From: the human T2T-CHM13v2.0 reference genome, Homo sapiens
DNA length: 64,000 nt
NCBI GenBank assembly: GCA_009914755.4
Contig: CP086569.2
Location: 17,440,001 to 17,504,000 of the forward strand
Direction of reading: 5' to 3'
The position numbers and the translations under genes are program-made. The notes beneath the pieces are model-generated. The model was not told the origin of the DNA, made no database searches, and worked only from the letters and a program-made list of their open reading frames with translations. The first letter of the stretch is position 1; each line of letters starts with the position of its first letter. Shown piece by piece: positions 40,299-53,480 of this stretch.

Positions 40299-40336
<38 letters not shown>
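40299..40336. repeat. (GT)19 microsatellite.
   Basis: Seen directly in the sequence. Confidence 0.95.
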
Positions 40337-40337
<1 letters not shown>

Positions 40338-40565
40338 AACTTAACAATTTTGCATTATCAAGTGTGGCTGGCTCACAAGACACTACTCTAAGTCGAAAAT
40401 ACAGAGCTTCCATAAGTTGTGGAATCAGCATTTTAATTAGCAGGCCTTCCACAGAGAATTGACAATTGATTTTCTTAACTTCGGGAGCCAGTCAGTGAAT
40501 AATTCTCCTAGGAAAATTCCTGTGCTAGAAGGTCATATTAGGCATGTTTAAGAAATACTTTTAGA

Positions 40566-40900
<335 letters not shown>

Positions 40901-42107
40901 TTAATTAACTTCTGAAGTCTTCCAATCAAGGTGTCATGATTAGTTGCATTTCAATTACTTTATAGTAGGAAGAGGTTCACTGAAGATGCAAAAACACTCT
41001 GTGTCTCAAATACAACGGCTGCTGTCTTAGAAACTCTTCAGTGGGTATTTTCACACAGGTAACCTATGTCTAGTTTTCCAACATCAAACGCATCCCATTT
41101 CGGAGATGCAGCTGCACAGTACTTTTTTTTATTTCCATTTTCCTGAATGCTGAATTAACAATTTGAATCGCTACAATCTTATGATGAAATGATAATTTGA
41201 AGGAAGTATTTACTTTTAAAATCTAATGCTCAGACATCATGTGTCTCATTTCTGGCCATTACTTAGAAATATAGATGCACTTATGAGTAAAATATCCAGG
41301 AAATATTGTCTTGTTTTTTGAACACAAATATGGTGCTATATTGTATTGAAACAATAAAACTTTAAAGCATAAAAATCTCTTAAAGATAATTTTACTCAAT
41401 TACCTTATTTTAATGAAGAATAAGCTGATCTCTACTGCTCTTTGGAAATATGTCAAAGATCATATGGCAAGTAACTTTCACTGTCATTCAGAAATCATAA
41501 CTGAAAACTCCTGACCTTCAATTTAGAACTTTGATATTCTGCCACTCGTATTTGGAGAAACAGGGAAAAATGGGGGAGAGAAAGGTTGCATATGGTGAGA
41601 ATTTTTTTTTTCTGTTTGTTGGAAAAAAGAGAAGCAGAGTGAGCCACACAAGGAGATTACTAAGATGATATGTTTTGCAAATCTGCATTCTGTTCCAGAA
41701 TTAAATGATTAGATCATCACCAAAGCTTCTGTAATATTTGTGTTTCTTGTTTATGACCTGGTGATGTTTTACATGGAAACATCAACACCTGGTGTTATGT
41801 ATTAGTTGTTCTTTTCACTTTAAATTACTTTTATTGCAAAATATAACACGCAAAAAGTATATAAACAAACACAAATAAAAATGACTTATACTTGAGACAG
41901 CTCCCTTTTAACATTAATTAATGTCAATAAATAAGTTTGATTCCTCAAAGGAAAGCACACCATTCCAGTTAAAGCCTTGATAAAATTACCTGTTTCTTCA
42001 ATTTTGTCCTGTTACAAAAGAAAACAGATTTTTTTCACTTGTGTAAATATCTACACTGCCATAACTTAAGAATACTCACAGATTGTTTACAAATTCTGGA
42101 GAAAATC

Positions 42108-42390
42108 TCACTCATAGGCGGGAATTGAACAATCAGAACACATGGACACAGGAAGGGGAACATCACACTCTGGGGACTGTTGTGGGGTGGGGGAGGGGGG
42201 AGGGATAGCACTGGGAGTTATACCTAATGCTAAATGACTAGTTAATGGGTGCAGCACACCAGCATGGCGCATGTATACATATGTAACTAACCTGCATATT
42301 GTGCACATGAACCCTAAAACTTAAAGTATACTAATAATAAATAAATAAATAAATTAATTAATTAATATTTTTCTACCAAAAAAAAAAAAA
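42108..42390 (+). mobile_element. Young L1PA (L1PA3-6-like) 3'-end stub, ~280 bp with a (TAAA/TTAA)n plus A14 tail. It is flanked by 18-19 bp TSDs that match at all but one position.
   Basis: tcactcataggcgggaattgaacaatcagaacacatggacacaggaaggggaacatcacactctgggg..gtaactaacctgcatattgtgcacatgaaccctaaaacttaaagtata. The TSDs are acaaattctggagaaaatc (42089-42107) and acaaattctggagaacatc (42391-42409). Confidence 0.9.
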
Positions 42391-43165
42391 ACAAATTCTG
42401 GAGAACATCAGGTAGAGAGAAACAAGTATCTGCCTAATTTTGTTCACAGTTTACTAAATTGTTAAAAACTGTCAATAGCTCAAAAGAAAAGTTTATTTGA
42501 CTTTGAAGTGCAAAACAAAGGATTAGCAATATTTTAAGCAAAATGTCAAAAAGATTACTCTAGTTCCCTACTAGTTCAGTTCATGTAGTTAATTTCTGTC
42601 CTGCTTTTTATTAGAAACCTGCATTCAAGGGCACATTGTAGAGCTTTAAACCTGATTATAAAACACCCTCTAAAGAGGACCAGAAGAAAACAACAATTGT
42701 TCCTGGATGACAAAAAGTTTTAGGGTAGCCATAAAGTTGCAATTGACAAGGATATTAGCTACCTTTGTGGCACACAATAATTTTAATATAACAATTCTAA
42801 TTATTACCAATAGTGTACACCAGATATATCAGAATTATAGGAGACTCCCATAACTTTGGAACATGTATCAATAGCATATTTCTACAAATGTTGCCCAAAG
42901 AAAGCCAAACACCGTTTTATATTTGACAATGCTTCCTGTGTAGTTTTATGTAAAATAAGCCAAATTTTACCTTATAATATAACCTTATATTTGTGTGTTA
43001 TTAATGTTAAATTTATTTTTAAATAAAACCTTATACACACATTTGCCAAATTTTAAGTTTGACTATCACATAAGATTTGTATAGGCTGTTTTTAACCTTT
43101 TATAATTTTTTTAAAGAGTGGGTTAGTGCTTTAAGAGAAACCTATTGTATTTTTATTTTAATGCT

Positions 43166-43200
43166 CAATTTACAAAAAAAAAAAAAAAAAAAAACAAAAA
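43166..43200. repeat. A-rich homopolymer: A21 followed by caaaaaac.
   Basis: Seen directly in the sequence. Confidence 0.8.
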
Positions 43201-44237
43201 ACTAAATGATACCTATTAACTTTAGCCAATGTTTACACACAGAATTTCCTTTACAATTAACCCTCTGAAACTTGCTTAAACCTTCAAAACAATTCTTTAA
43301 CCTTTTAATCTAGGTAAAAATCCACATTTTCATGTCTCCTTATAGTATTTTTACCAAAGTGTATGCAAACTGTTTTTTCAATAGTCTTACATACATGTTA
43401 TACTGTTAACTTTTAGCAAACTTTACTTTTGTTGGTAGGTTTGAAATTTTAGTTATGTACTAGGTTCACTAGGTTTAGAGCCTAGGACATGGACCGAAGT
43501 GCATGTAAGTTCTGGCTTATTCCAGCATTTAACTGCATGTGTCCTAGGTCCTGCCTCATTGCATATATATGTTGACCATGTTTATGTCTTCTTCTGAAGA
43601 GTCCCTTCAAGTCCTTTGCCCACGTTTAAATTGAGATATACATTTTTTTGCTTGTTTTGCCGGTTTGTTTGTTTTAACCCCTCACAGGAGACACTGATGT
43701 TACTGGTTAACCAGGATACTATTAATAAAAAAGTTGAAAACTAATGCAAAATCAATCTATCTTATTAAATGATAAGAAAGTCTCTCTCATGTGGGAAGCC
43801 TAGTGACTGGCAAGAAGTCCAACATGGTGCCTGAATTTCCAAAAATATTCTGTACTTTTTGGGACAGTGTTCATAAATTCTTCTTCTGTAGGATATCTAT
43901 GGGATTTCATATTTATTAATGATGAATTTTCCCATAAGTATGGCTTATTTCTATAAAACATATTCTTTAAACAAAAGCTTTTTCTCAAATATTTAGAAGG
44001 AATTTTATTCATTTCAAAGTGAATGTCCTTAGCATTACAAAGTGATATGTCCTCTTGTATATTTATGTAACATTATACTATAGTAACATTGGTGGAATTG
44101 GTACTATCCAGTGTTGAATAATAATTGCATGCCTTGAAAAAATTTTGCAAAATGAATACTGCCCAACACTAAAACAAAACACTCAGTAATTCTAGATGGC
44201 TAAACAGAATCAATATGTATTTCTCTGTTATTTTAGA

Positions 44238-44355
44238 ATAAAATATATTTTAGCTGTTAATTCAAAGAATGTGGCATCAAAATAAATGCCCATGCAATAA
44301 AATATATTTTAGCTGTTAATTCAAAGAATGTGGCATCAAAATAAATGCCCATGCT
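44238..44355. repeat. Perfect tandem duplication, 2 x 59 bp.
   Basis: aataaaatatattttagctgttaattcaaagaatgtggcatcaaaataaatgcccatgc occurs twice, head to tail. Confidence 0.85.
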
Positions 44356-45134
44356 TTTTAAACATGATTATATCAACAAGAATAATTGACACTGTTTGTA
44401 GAATTTGTCTTCTCATAAAATATCATGAAAATTTCCTTTAATGAAGCCATTAACCACAAATCTCTTTGTACATCTTATTTAGGAACTGCATGTGGATATG
44501 TTCATTCAGTAATATACTAGGCAGTGAACTTTAAAAAACCTCAGTTCACAATCATTTCATCCACTAAAAGCCTAATAATCAGAAAAATGGCTGGGTAAGT
44601 TTTTCTTTGCATATATTACTTTTTCCTTGAAACAGTTTTTCAGATTAAATATTATAGTTATAAGAATATAAATTTGAAAAGTAAAAGCTATGTATGTCTA
44701 AATATTGCTAAATTATTAACATTTATATTTAAACTACCTCAATATTTTATATAGTCATATTAATTAATATCTATATTTAAGGTTAAGCTATATACAATCA
44801 GTAATTTTTTAAAGTGTATTTATATAAGTATTATATATCATTACAAATTTTATATACATATTCTATATTAATACTGATTTTTTAAAGTCTGTAATTATAA
44901 AAGTGTTATAGCCAACTGAATTTCTGGCTATAATACTTATGTAAATCTAAATTTTAAATATTTCCTTTTAGTAATTCCATAATTTTCATGTAGAATTTGT
45001 AAACCTAATATTTTAAAGCATTAAAAATTATTAAGCCTGTCTGACTCTATAAGATATACTATAATTTTCAAATTTATTTTTGAAACAATACTTTCTTGTT
45101 TCAAAACTTTAAAATTAATGTATAAATGAATATG

Positions 45135-45190
45135 CATTAATAAGTCTCATTTTATGTGCATTAATAAGTCTCATTTTATATACATGTCTT
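45135..45190. repeat. Short tandem duplication, 2 x ~27 bp: gcattaataagtctcattttat[g/a]t.
   Basis: Seen directly in the sequence. Confidence 0.7.
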
Positions 45191-45284
45191 TATACATCCA
45201 GACCTGCTGACCTCATTAGATAATTTCATACATTTTTGTATGTTGCTGCTGTAGTCTAAACATTTGGGCTACACAAAATTCAGA

Positions 45285-45590
45285 CATTCAACCCAAACCT
45301 CAAGTTGATGGTATTGGGAGGTGTGGCTTTTGGGAGTCATCACCTCATAAGGGTGAAGACTCATGAATGAGATCAGTATCCTTATAAAAGGCTAAACAAA
45401 TCAGACTTTTTCTCTTCCTCTGCATAAGGATATAGTTTGAAGGCACAATTGGTGAGAATGGAAGCAAGAGTTCATTAGGAATGAAATCAGTGAACACGTT
45501 GATCTTGCACTTCCCAGCCTCCATAATTGTGAGAAATACATTTCTGATGTTGAAGCCCTCAATCTGGTATTTTGTTATGGCAACCATAAT
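45285..45590 (+). mobile_element. MST/MLT-like MaLR solitary LTR.
   Basis: ..gatggtattgggaggtgtggcttttgggagtcatcacctcataagggtgaagactcatgaatgagatcagtatccttataaaagg..ttgatcttgcacttcccagcctccataattgtgagaaatacatttctgatgttgaagccctcaatctggtattttgttatggcaacc. Confidence 0.5.
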
Positions 45591-45642
45591 AAATTAATGC
45601 TTTTTCTCTCTCTCTTCTTTGCCTCTTTACCTACCATAAACA

Positions 45643-45649
45643 GATAGAT

Positions 45650-45694
<45 letters not shown>
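45643..45694. repeat. (GATA)n tetranucleotide STR of about 12 units, followed by atgatggatag.
   Basis: Seen directly in the sequence. Confidence 0.95.
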
Positions 45695-46497
45695 GATGGA
45701 TAGTTACATAAATGCCAATAAAATAAACATACATATATATTTAAATATGTATGGGAATGTATACATGCATAATGTATTATTCATTTTTACTCAGAATTTG
45801 GGAGATCTGCACCTTGACTTTTATTTCCCCCCAAAATTATCTGTTCTGATCATCTTTTCAAATGCCTTCATAAGGTGTTTACTTTTTTAACTTACATAGT
45901 ATTAATTGGCTAGAATGATTTTCATAGGTTGATTCCAGTCTCTTGAAATGACAGAAAACCTTTATTTGAATAATGTGTACTATGTCACTTTGCACAGCTA
46001 CGTGTTTATCTAAAAAATAAAGTGTATATCACTAGTTCAACAGGCAAATGCACTTGTCATGTTGACAGATGTTTCAAATTATGTCCAAGAAAGAAGACAC
46101 CAAACTTTCTTCTGTCACCGGAGACAAATGAGACTGTTCATTTTCCTAAGGCTTTGCCCACCTCATGTGTTGTTGACCTGTGGATTCTGCCAATGCTGTA
46201 TAAAATTATTTTAGAGTTGACATTAGGATTTGCATGGCTCTCATTTCTACTTGATACACATTGCAATGATACTTACGTGAAAACTTTAAAATTATTTTAG
46301 ACACCAAAAACAAAGCCATAACTCTATGTGTTCATTTGGATTTCTAAGCACAGGATATATTAAGGTGAATCACAGTCACTGAATCATGTTCCACACAAAA
46401 CTTAATAGCAACAAGTGTTGGTAATGATTAAGTTCTTGACATGAGCAAGACAACCTGTGACATACATGGATTAGCTGATATAAACTCTCTGAGATAG

Positions 46498-46836
<339 letters not shown>

Positions 46837-47179
46837 TAGCTTGCTCAAGACTACCAAACTGGAAGTAGAAACATAACCAATATGCTTTTCCTATTGCAGT
46901 CATTAACTTGACTTTTAGGTTGTGTAAACTTGTGTCTCTGCTACACCAAGTCATTTAATCTAATAAACCCAATCAGCATGTCTGACCCCAATATTACCTT
47001 TCTCTTTATTCAAGAGGATTTTCTATTGCTCCTTGAATTTATCTTCTCCTTTTATCTCTTATATTAGCTTTTTAGTTCTTGTCGATTTATTCTTTACCAG
47101 GCCTTTCAGATTTGAGCTTTTTCCTTTCACCACCCCAGGTGGATACACCAACTCCAGTTCTTATTCTGTATAAAGCATC

Positions 47180-47553
47180 TGGTATTGTTTGGCTCTGTTT
47201 CCCCACCCAAATCTCATGTCCAATTGTAATCCCCAGTGTTGGGAAAGGGACCTGGTGGGAGGTGGGCAGATTTCTTCCTTGCTGTTCTCATGATAGTGAG
47301 TGAGTTCTCACAATATCTTATTGTTAAAAAGTGTGTGGCACCTCCCCCTGTGCTCTCTCTTGCTCTCCTGCTGGACATGTGAAGACAAGCTTGGTTCCCC
47401 TTTGCCTTCTGCTGTGATTTTAAGTTTCCTGACGCCTCCACAACCATGCTTCCTCAATAGCCCAAGGTACCATGAGCCAATTAACCCTCTTTTCTTTGTA
47501 AAGTACCCATTCTCAGGTAATTCTTTATAGCAGTGTGAAAACAGGCTACTATC
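47180..47553 (+). mobile_element. THE1-like MaLR solitary LTR.
   Basis: ggtattgtttggctctgtttccccacccaaatctcatgtccaattgtaatccccagtgttgggaaagggacctggtgggaggtg..ctcatgatagtgagtgagttctcac..cctgctggacatgtgaagacaagc..taaagtacccattctcaggtaattctttatagcagtgtgaaaacaggctac. Confidence 0.6.
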
Positions 47554-48149
47554 ATACCTAAAAAGAAATAAAACATTTTTATAACACATTTTCTGCCCCT
47601 ACCTTAAACTTTCATTTCTAAGCCCTTTGGATTGGCTTTGAAAACCAACTGTGAGTAGGCTTCACTTTTGTATCCAAGCTTACTTAGCTGCTACAACTGC
47701 TACATTACTGTTTTGTGGTATCAAGGATGCTTTCGTTTATTTGTATAATTCCTTCTTTCCTTCAAGAAACCCATTTTGAGGCGTCTCAGCTTCCCAGGTA
47801 CTGTGTTAGATACTTTACAAAATCATCTACTCGTGCTTTGAGAACCAATTACTTTGATTTCTTTAGGACTACCTGTGAAGAAATGTCTGCTGTGGCTTTA
47901 TGAATTGAAGGGAGAGCTGTCTCAGCATCAAGAGAGTCACAATGAGAAATTAAGTCTGAAGGACTACAGTTACAATGTTCAAATGTGACTAAATAAAAAT
48001 TGATGAAAAAAACCTTGAAAACCAAACATTCTTGGATTTACAAGAAAGACAAATTCCTCTGCCCCTTAGACTAAACTTGACAAAACTACAATAACATGGA
48101 CCCACAAAACAAACTCTTCTAAAGATTATATAAATAAAAGCATAAGTAC

Positions 48150-48480
48150 ATAATTGCCATCTGTACACTGTGTATTATTAGTGCATGTGCATATATTTAT
48201 AATACTATATACGATGTATACAAAATAGCATACTGTATTTATATTACATCACAGTATGCATATAGATATATATTATATATAATATGCATGGATACAACAA
48301 TATGTATATAATATATATTAAATATAATATATACACATAATATAGGTATATAGATAATACAAATTCAAAGGTACATAGATAAGATAGTATATATTAAAAT
48401 GAAAATATACTATATATTATAGCATTATGTACAGTATACATATATATGTGTAAACATAAAATGATATACATTTTATATTA
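48150..48480. repeat. ~330-bp AT-rich low-complexity block of (TATATA/TATACA/ATATG)-type degenerate repeats.
   Basis: Seen directly in the sequence. Confidence 0.8.
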
Positions 48481-50397
48481 ATCCTTTGGACTAGAGGTTG
48501 TTATATAAAAAAATTTTAATCTTATATACAAACAAACACACACAACAACTTTGTGTTCTTAATAAGGTTTTCAGCCAAAAATAAAAGTCTTACTACATTT
48601 TTATGCAGCAGTCTTTCCTAATAAGTTAAATTGTTTTCAGAATTTCTGATTAAGCCCAGCCAACATAAATTCAGAGGAAGATAATTTGACTCTTAACATT
48701 TTTAAAATCCTGCAAATATGCTTTATGATTATTAAAGGTGCATCTGCATCAGGCAAGCCCCCTCTCATCTTTCTCATTTTTATTAGGCATACTGGCTTCA
48801 AACAGCAGCTCTTGTGGTTCTCAAGTTCCCCAGTGGCTTCTGAGAGACAGCAAGTCTTCAAATCAAAGCAGGTTTACTCCTCTAGAAGGAGAATGAGGAG
48901 ACTTATTTCCTGTCAAGAATTCAGCAGTGCTTGAGAGAACAAAGTGTGCTCTCTGAAGACTCTTCAACAAAATATCTCTAACAAACATATGGAGAGGTTA
49001 AAAGAGAATTCTATACCACTTCATGATTTAGGAAATGCTTAAGAATTTCCACTGGGTTGGATCAGGCTATAATCTCTAAAATACTAAAGTGGTGTTTACA
49101 ACAACATGAACATTTCTTTTTTAAATCATAGGAAGGAAATACCTATAGGTATCTGATTTATAATCTAGAGATATGCAGAATTCTCCATGTCTTGCCACCA
49201 GTAAGAACTTCAACAATCTATATGTGCTTGTGGTAGACCAAAAATGTATGCCCCCAAATTCCTAGACCTACTGATTATTGCAAGTTTGTGTTCCCAGCCC
49301 TACATCTCCAACTCCCTATGTATTCCTGCACCAAGGCTCACTTTCAGAGTTCCTCCACTATCTCATTTTGCAGCCCTAGGTCTTGAGCTTGGTTGGGTAG
49401 ATAGTAGGTCAGCCTCCCCAACCAGGGTCTCTGATGTTGTCAATTTTTGACTCTTTCTTCCCTGAATTTCTGAAAGTTTCATTGATGAGGAGATAAATAA
49501 ATGGCAACTTGATTCCCATTAATAGAGAGTCTTGGTAGGGTCTGTGTTTTTGGAGGGTCTGTATAGTAGTATTTTAAGGAGTCCAATATCTAGACTTTGA
49601 TTCTGTAAATGGGTTGATATACTGGGCATGGGATCATGTCCAAATCCAGGGATTACAAAGGTCAGATTATTTTGAAGGGTTGGTGACCAGACTCCAATGA
49701 ATCAGGAACAGTGTGAGAACTGTAAGTGGCAATTTTGTCCCACTTATTTTTGGTCATCAAAACGGGGAAGGAAATACACTTTTGTCCACTGGCATAGGGT
49801 GGATAAAAGTCAATATAATGCACAAATTTACTATTATCTAGCCCATAATGTCAACAGTGCTGAGGCTGAGAAACCTTGGAAGAATAGTAGTAGACATGAA
49901 ATCTCAGAACACCTGACATTTCTGGGAATGAAGCTGTCAGGCTACAGTTACAGTTAAGGACAGGGTCTCTATCAGGGAGGTGGGGCTGTGTTAGGATTCT
50001 GTAGAAGTTAGGGATGCAGGTAATTGATGGACTGAGTCATAGGATGTGCTGGAGAACAGCTGTGTATTCATTAGCATGTATGCTTAGGGTCCTTGTTGTC
50101 CCACATTTCCACTAGTTGGGAATGTCCATATCTTCTATTCTATAGTTTTTTCTCCAATACCTAAAGATATTGAACTTCTGTGTATTAGCTTGCTTTGTGT
50201 TTCTATAAAGGAATTCCTGAAGCTATGTCATTTATATATTTAAGAAGAGGTTTATTTGACTCACGGTTCTGCAGGCTATACAAGAAGCATGGTACCAGTC
50301 TCTCCTTCTGGTGACTCCTCAGGAAGTTTCACTCATGATGGAAGAAAAAGGGGAGTTGGGAGTAGCACAAGGAAGAAGACAAGGGGAGGGAGCCAGG

Positions 50398-50730
50398 TGT
50401 TTTTTTTATTATATTTTGAGGCAGTGTCTCACTTCATTGCCCAGGCTGGAGTGCAGTGGTGTAATTATGGCTCACTGCAGCCTCAACCTCCTGGGTTCAT
50501 GCAGTCCTCCCACCTCAGCCTCCTGAGTACCTGGGCCCACAGGTGTGCACCATCATGCCTGGCTAAGTTTTTTTTAATTTTTTTAATTTAATTTAATTTA
50601 ATTTTTTTTTTTTGTAGAGACAGGATCCCACTGTTGCCCGAGTTGTCTCTGAACTCCTGGTCTAAGTAGTCCTTCCACTTTGGCCTCCTACAGTGCTAGG
50701 ATTAAAAGTGTGAGCCACTGAGCACAGTGC
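50398..50730 (-). mobile_element. Alu, minus orientation, with an expanded T/A-rich linker (ttttaatttaatttaattt).
   Basis: Begins tttttttattatattttgaggcagtgtctcacttcattgcccaggctggagtgcagtggtg. Ends ..gctaggattaaaagtgtgagccactgagcacagtgc. Confidence 0.9.
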
Positions 50731-52120
50731 AGACTTCTTTTTTTTAACTATCAGATTTCATAGAAATTAATAGAGCAAGAATTCATGTGTTATTTCAAAG
50801 ACAGCATCAAGCCATTTATGTGCTTGATGTACCCCCTGCTCCATTTCCAAAGGCTGGCCTGAATATATTCATCAAAGCTATTTGAGAAAGCCCTGCAGGA
50901 AAGGACACTGTCAAGAGAGTTAGGAAACAACCACTTTGCATGCATCTGGTTTACATATGCAATCGTTAATTTTTGTATCTGGAACTGAGGTTCAAATTCA
51001 GCTTTTCCCTACAAAAGTGAGTTTTACACATGCATAAATGACATATCGATATTTAATATGTTTTTAAAAATTAGCTGCCATTCATCAATGGATCCCAGCA
51101 ACGGATCAAGAAATGTTGTTGTGTTTATGTGTTTCTCTATTGTTCTTACACGTTTACAGCACTAGTGGGCATTGTCTATTAGCCTCATTGTACACTCAGG
51201 CAGGGTAAAGAGACATGCAGCCACAATGGTCTAACATTCCCTTTGCATACGTTCTTCAGTGGCATGATTATTTTACAGGGATTTCCCCTGAAGGCCTGAT
51301 ATATAAAGAATGTTTTTATATGGATTATTTGTTTTTCAGCTTTATTCATCTTTGCAATCAAATGTCAATGACAGGTGCTTTCTTTGAAGTGATTTGGGTC
51401 TGATTCTAGCTGCATCTGAATGAGTTGCTGGCTGGAGTATCAGATGCCTATAAATAACTCTCAATTAGAAAGGTACTCTCAATTCAGAAAGGGCCATGTC
51501 TCAGGTTGTTTAAGAAATCCTTTCTAAGGACAGAGAAGAGTGAGCAGTCTCTCCTTAAGTGAAGGATACATCATTCAAGCCAAATGAATATTATACACTA
51601 TACAGCACATATATTTATATGCTCCTGAATGTAATTTATTACCTGACAACAAATGTGTAATTTAAAAATTATTAAAATTGTTCAAATTAAAAAGGAAGCA
51701 TATAGAAATAAATTTTTAAAAATCTGTTTGCTATATCTGCCATTATGTATATATTATTGTTACTTATCTGCATTATCACCCAAACATTGCACACATCATT
51801 CAGTGAATGTATATGAACAATATTAATTTTATGATTCAAAATTGGAACTTTCATTGTAAAACAATGTTTCTAATATGATTTATTATATTCCCATTCATAT
51901 CTTATATCACCACTCACATATTAATATATGCATGTATATTACCATAATATAATATTATATTAGTCTTTGTTCTTAAATGTAATATTTGCTTTCCAACCTG
52001 GAGGAAGAGAGATGGAACTATTCCAAAAAATGTCACCAAGTTCATGTTCTAACTCTGATACTTATTCAAATTTCTTTTAATTTTTTAAATTCATAATATT
52101 TAAAAATATACGGAATAGCT

Positions 52121-52409
52121 TTTTTTTTCTGAGGCAGGGTCTCACTCTGTCACCAAAGCTTGACTGCAATGGCATGATCATGTCTCACTGCAGCCTCCAC
52201 CTCCCTAGCTGAAGAGATCCTCCCTCCTCAGCCTCTCAAGTAACTGGGGACACAGACATTTGCCACCATGACTGGCTAATTTTTGCATTTTTGTAGAGAC
52301 AAGATTTTCTATGTTGTCCATGTAGTCTCAAACTCCCCGGCTCAAGGGATCTGCTTGCCTTGGCCTCTAAATATACTGGTATTACCGGTGTGAGCTACCC
52401 TCCTGGCCC
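52121..52409 (-). mobile_element. Alu (AluJ-like), minus orientation.
   Basis: Begins tttttttttctgaggcagggtctcactctgtcaccaaagcttgactgcaatggcatgatc. Ends ..ggtattaccggtgtgagctaccctcctggccc. Confidence 0.9.
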
Positions 52410-52489
52410 ACTTAATCCTTAATCTGGCATGTGTTTTATACTCTCCTGGCTCCACAGGGCTCTTTGATCTAGGGCCACTATTTATATCA

Positions 52490-52840
52490 TTACCTAGTGC
52501 TATTGTGTGAATGTTAATGTCCCTGAAGAGTTCCTATGTCAAAGTCCCCATCCTCAAGGGGATGGTGTTAGGAGGTGTCGCCTTTGGGAAATGATGAGTT
52601 CATGAGGGTAAGCATCACAGATGCGACTACTGCCCTTATAGAAGGCACTACAGAGAGCTTCCTCGCCCCTTCTGCCATGTGAGGACACAGTGAGAAGGCT
52701 CCATCTATGAACCAGGAAGTAGGTTCGCACCAGACATAGAATCTGCCATTACTTGATCTTGGACTTTCCAGCCTCTACATCTGTGAGCAATAAATGTCTG
52801 TTGTTTAAAAGCCACCCTGTGATTATTTCTTAGAGAAGAA
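52490..52840 (+). mobile_element. MST/MLT-like MaLR solitary LTR.
   Basis: ..ggtgttaggaggtgtcgcctttgggaaatgatgagttcatgagggtaagc..ccatgtgaggacacagtgagaaggctccatctatgaaccaggaagtagg..cttggactttccagcctctacatctgtgagcaataaatgtctgttgtttaaaagccaccctgtg. Confidence 0.55.
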
Positions 52841-53176
52841 ACAAACAAAAATGAATGGAAACATACTTTACCACCAAAATCATTAGCAATTTGGAACCCC
52901 ATGCCAAATAATTGCATTCTTATACATGCTAAAAATCTCACTATATTTAGGGTGGAAAGAAAAAGTCTACTGGAGTTTTCTCACCAGGGAGAACAGAATC
53001 AGCCATTTTTTTTAAAGAAGATTCTTAATCTTTTGAGTTTTATTATTTTGGATATGTGGTATAGGAAATAAAATATTCAATATTTTTCATAATGCTTTGA
53101 TATATCATTTTGATTCATTCTAAAATATTAGTAAAAGTTTATAAATTTCAAAATAATCCAAATCTCTTTACATTCC

Positions 53177-53480
53177 TGTTTCTGTCTCTGTCTCTCTCTC
53201 CCTCTCTCTTTCTCTCTGCCTCTCCCTCTCTTTGTCTCTTTCTCCTTTTTCTTTTTCTGTTTCTGTCTTTCTCCCCCTTTCTTTTTCTCTCTCTGTCTCT
53301 CTCTTCTCTCCCTGTCTCTTTCTTCTTTTCTCTCTCTGTCTCTTTCTCTCTCTTTCTGTCTCTGTCCCTTTCTCCCTTTCTTCTCTCTCTGTCTCTGTCT
53401 TTCTCTCTCTCTTTCTCTCTCCTTTTCTCTGTCTCTGTCTCTCTTTCCCTCTTTTCCTTTTTCTTTCTCTGTCTTGGTTT
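53177..53480. repeat. ~300-bp homopyrimidine (CT-rich) tract on the plus strand: (TCTC/TCTCTG/CTTT)n. It is immediately followed by a C-rich/(CA)n segment at 53485-53535.
   Basis: Seen directly in the sequence. There are almost no purines in the tract for ~300 nt. It is followed by cacacacacaccaccgcccccccaccccgccacacacacacacac. Confidence 0.95.
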
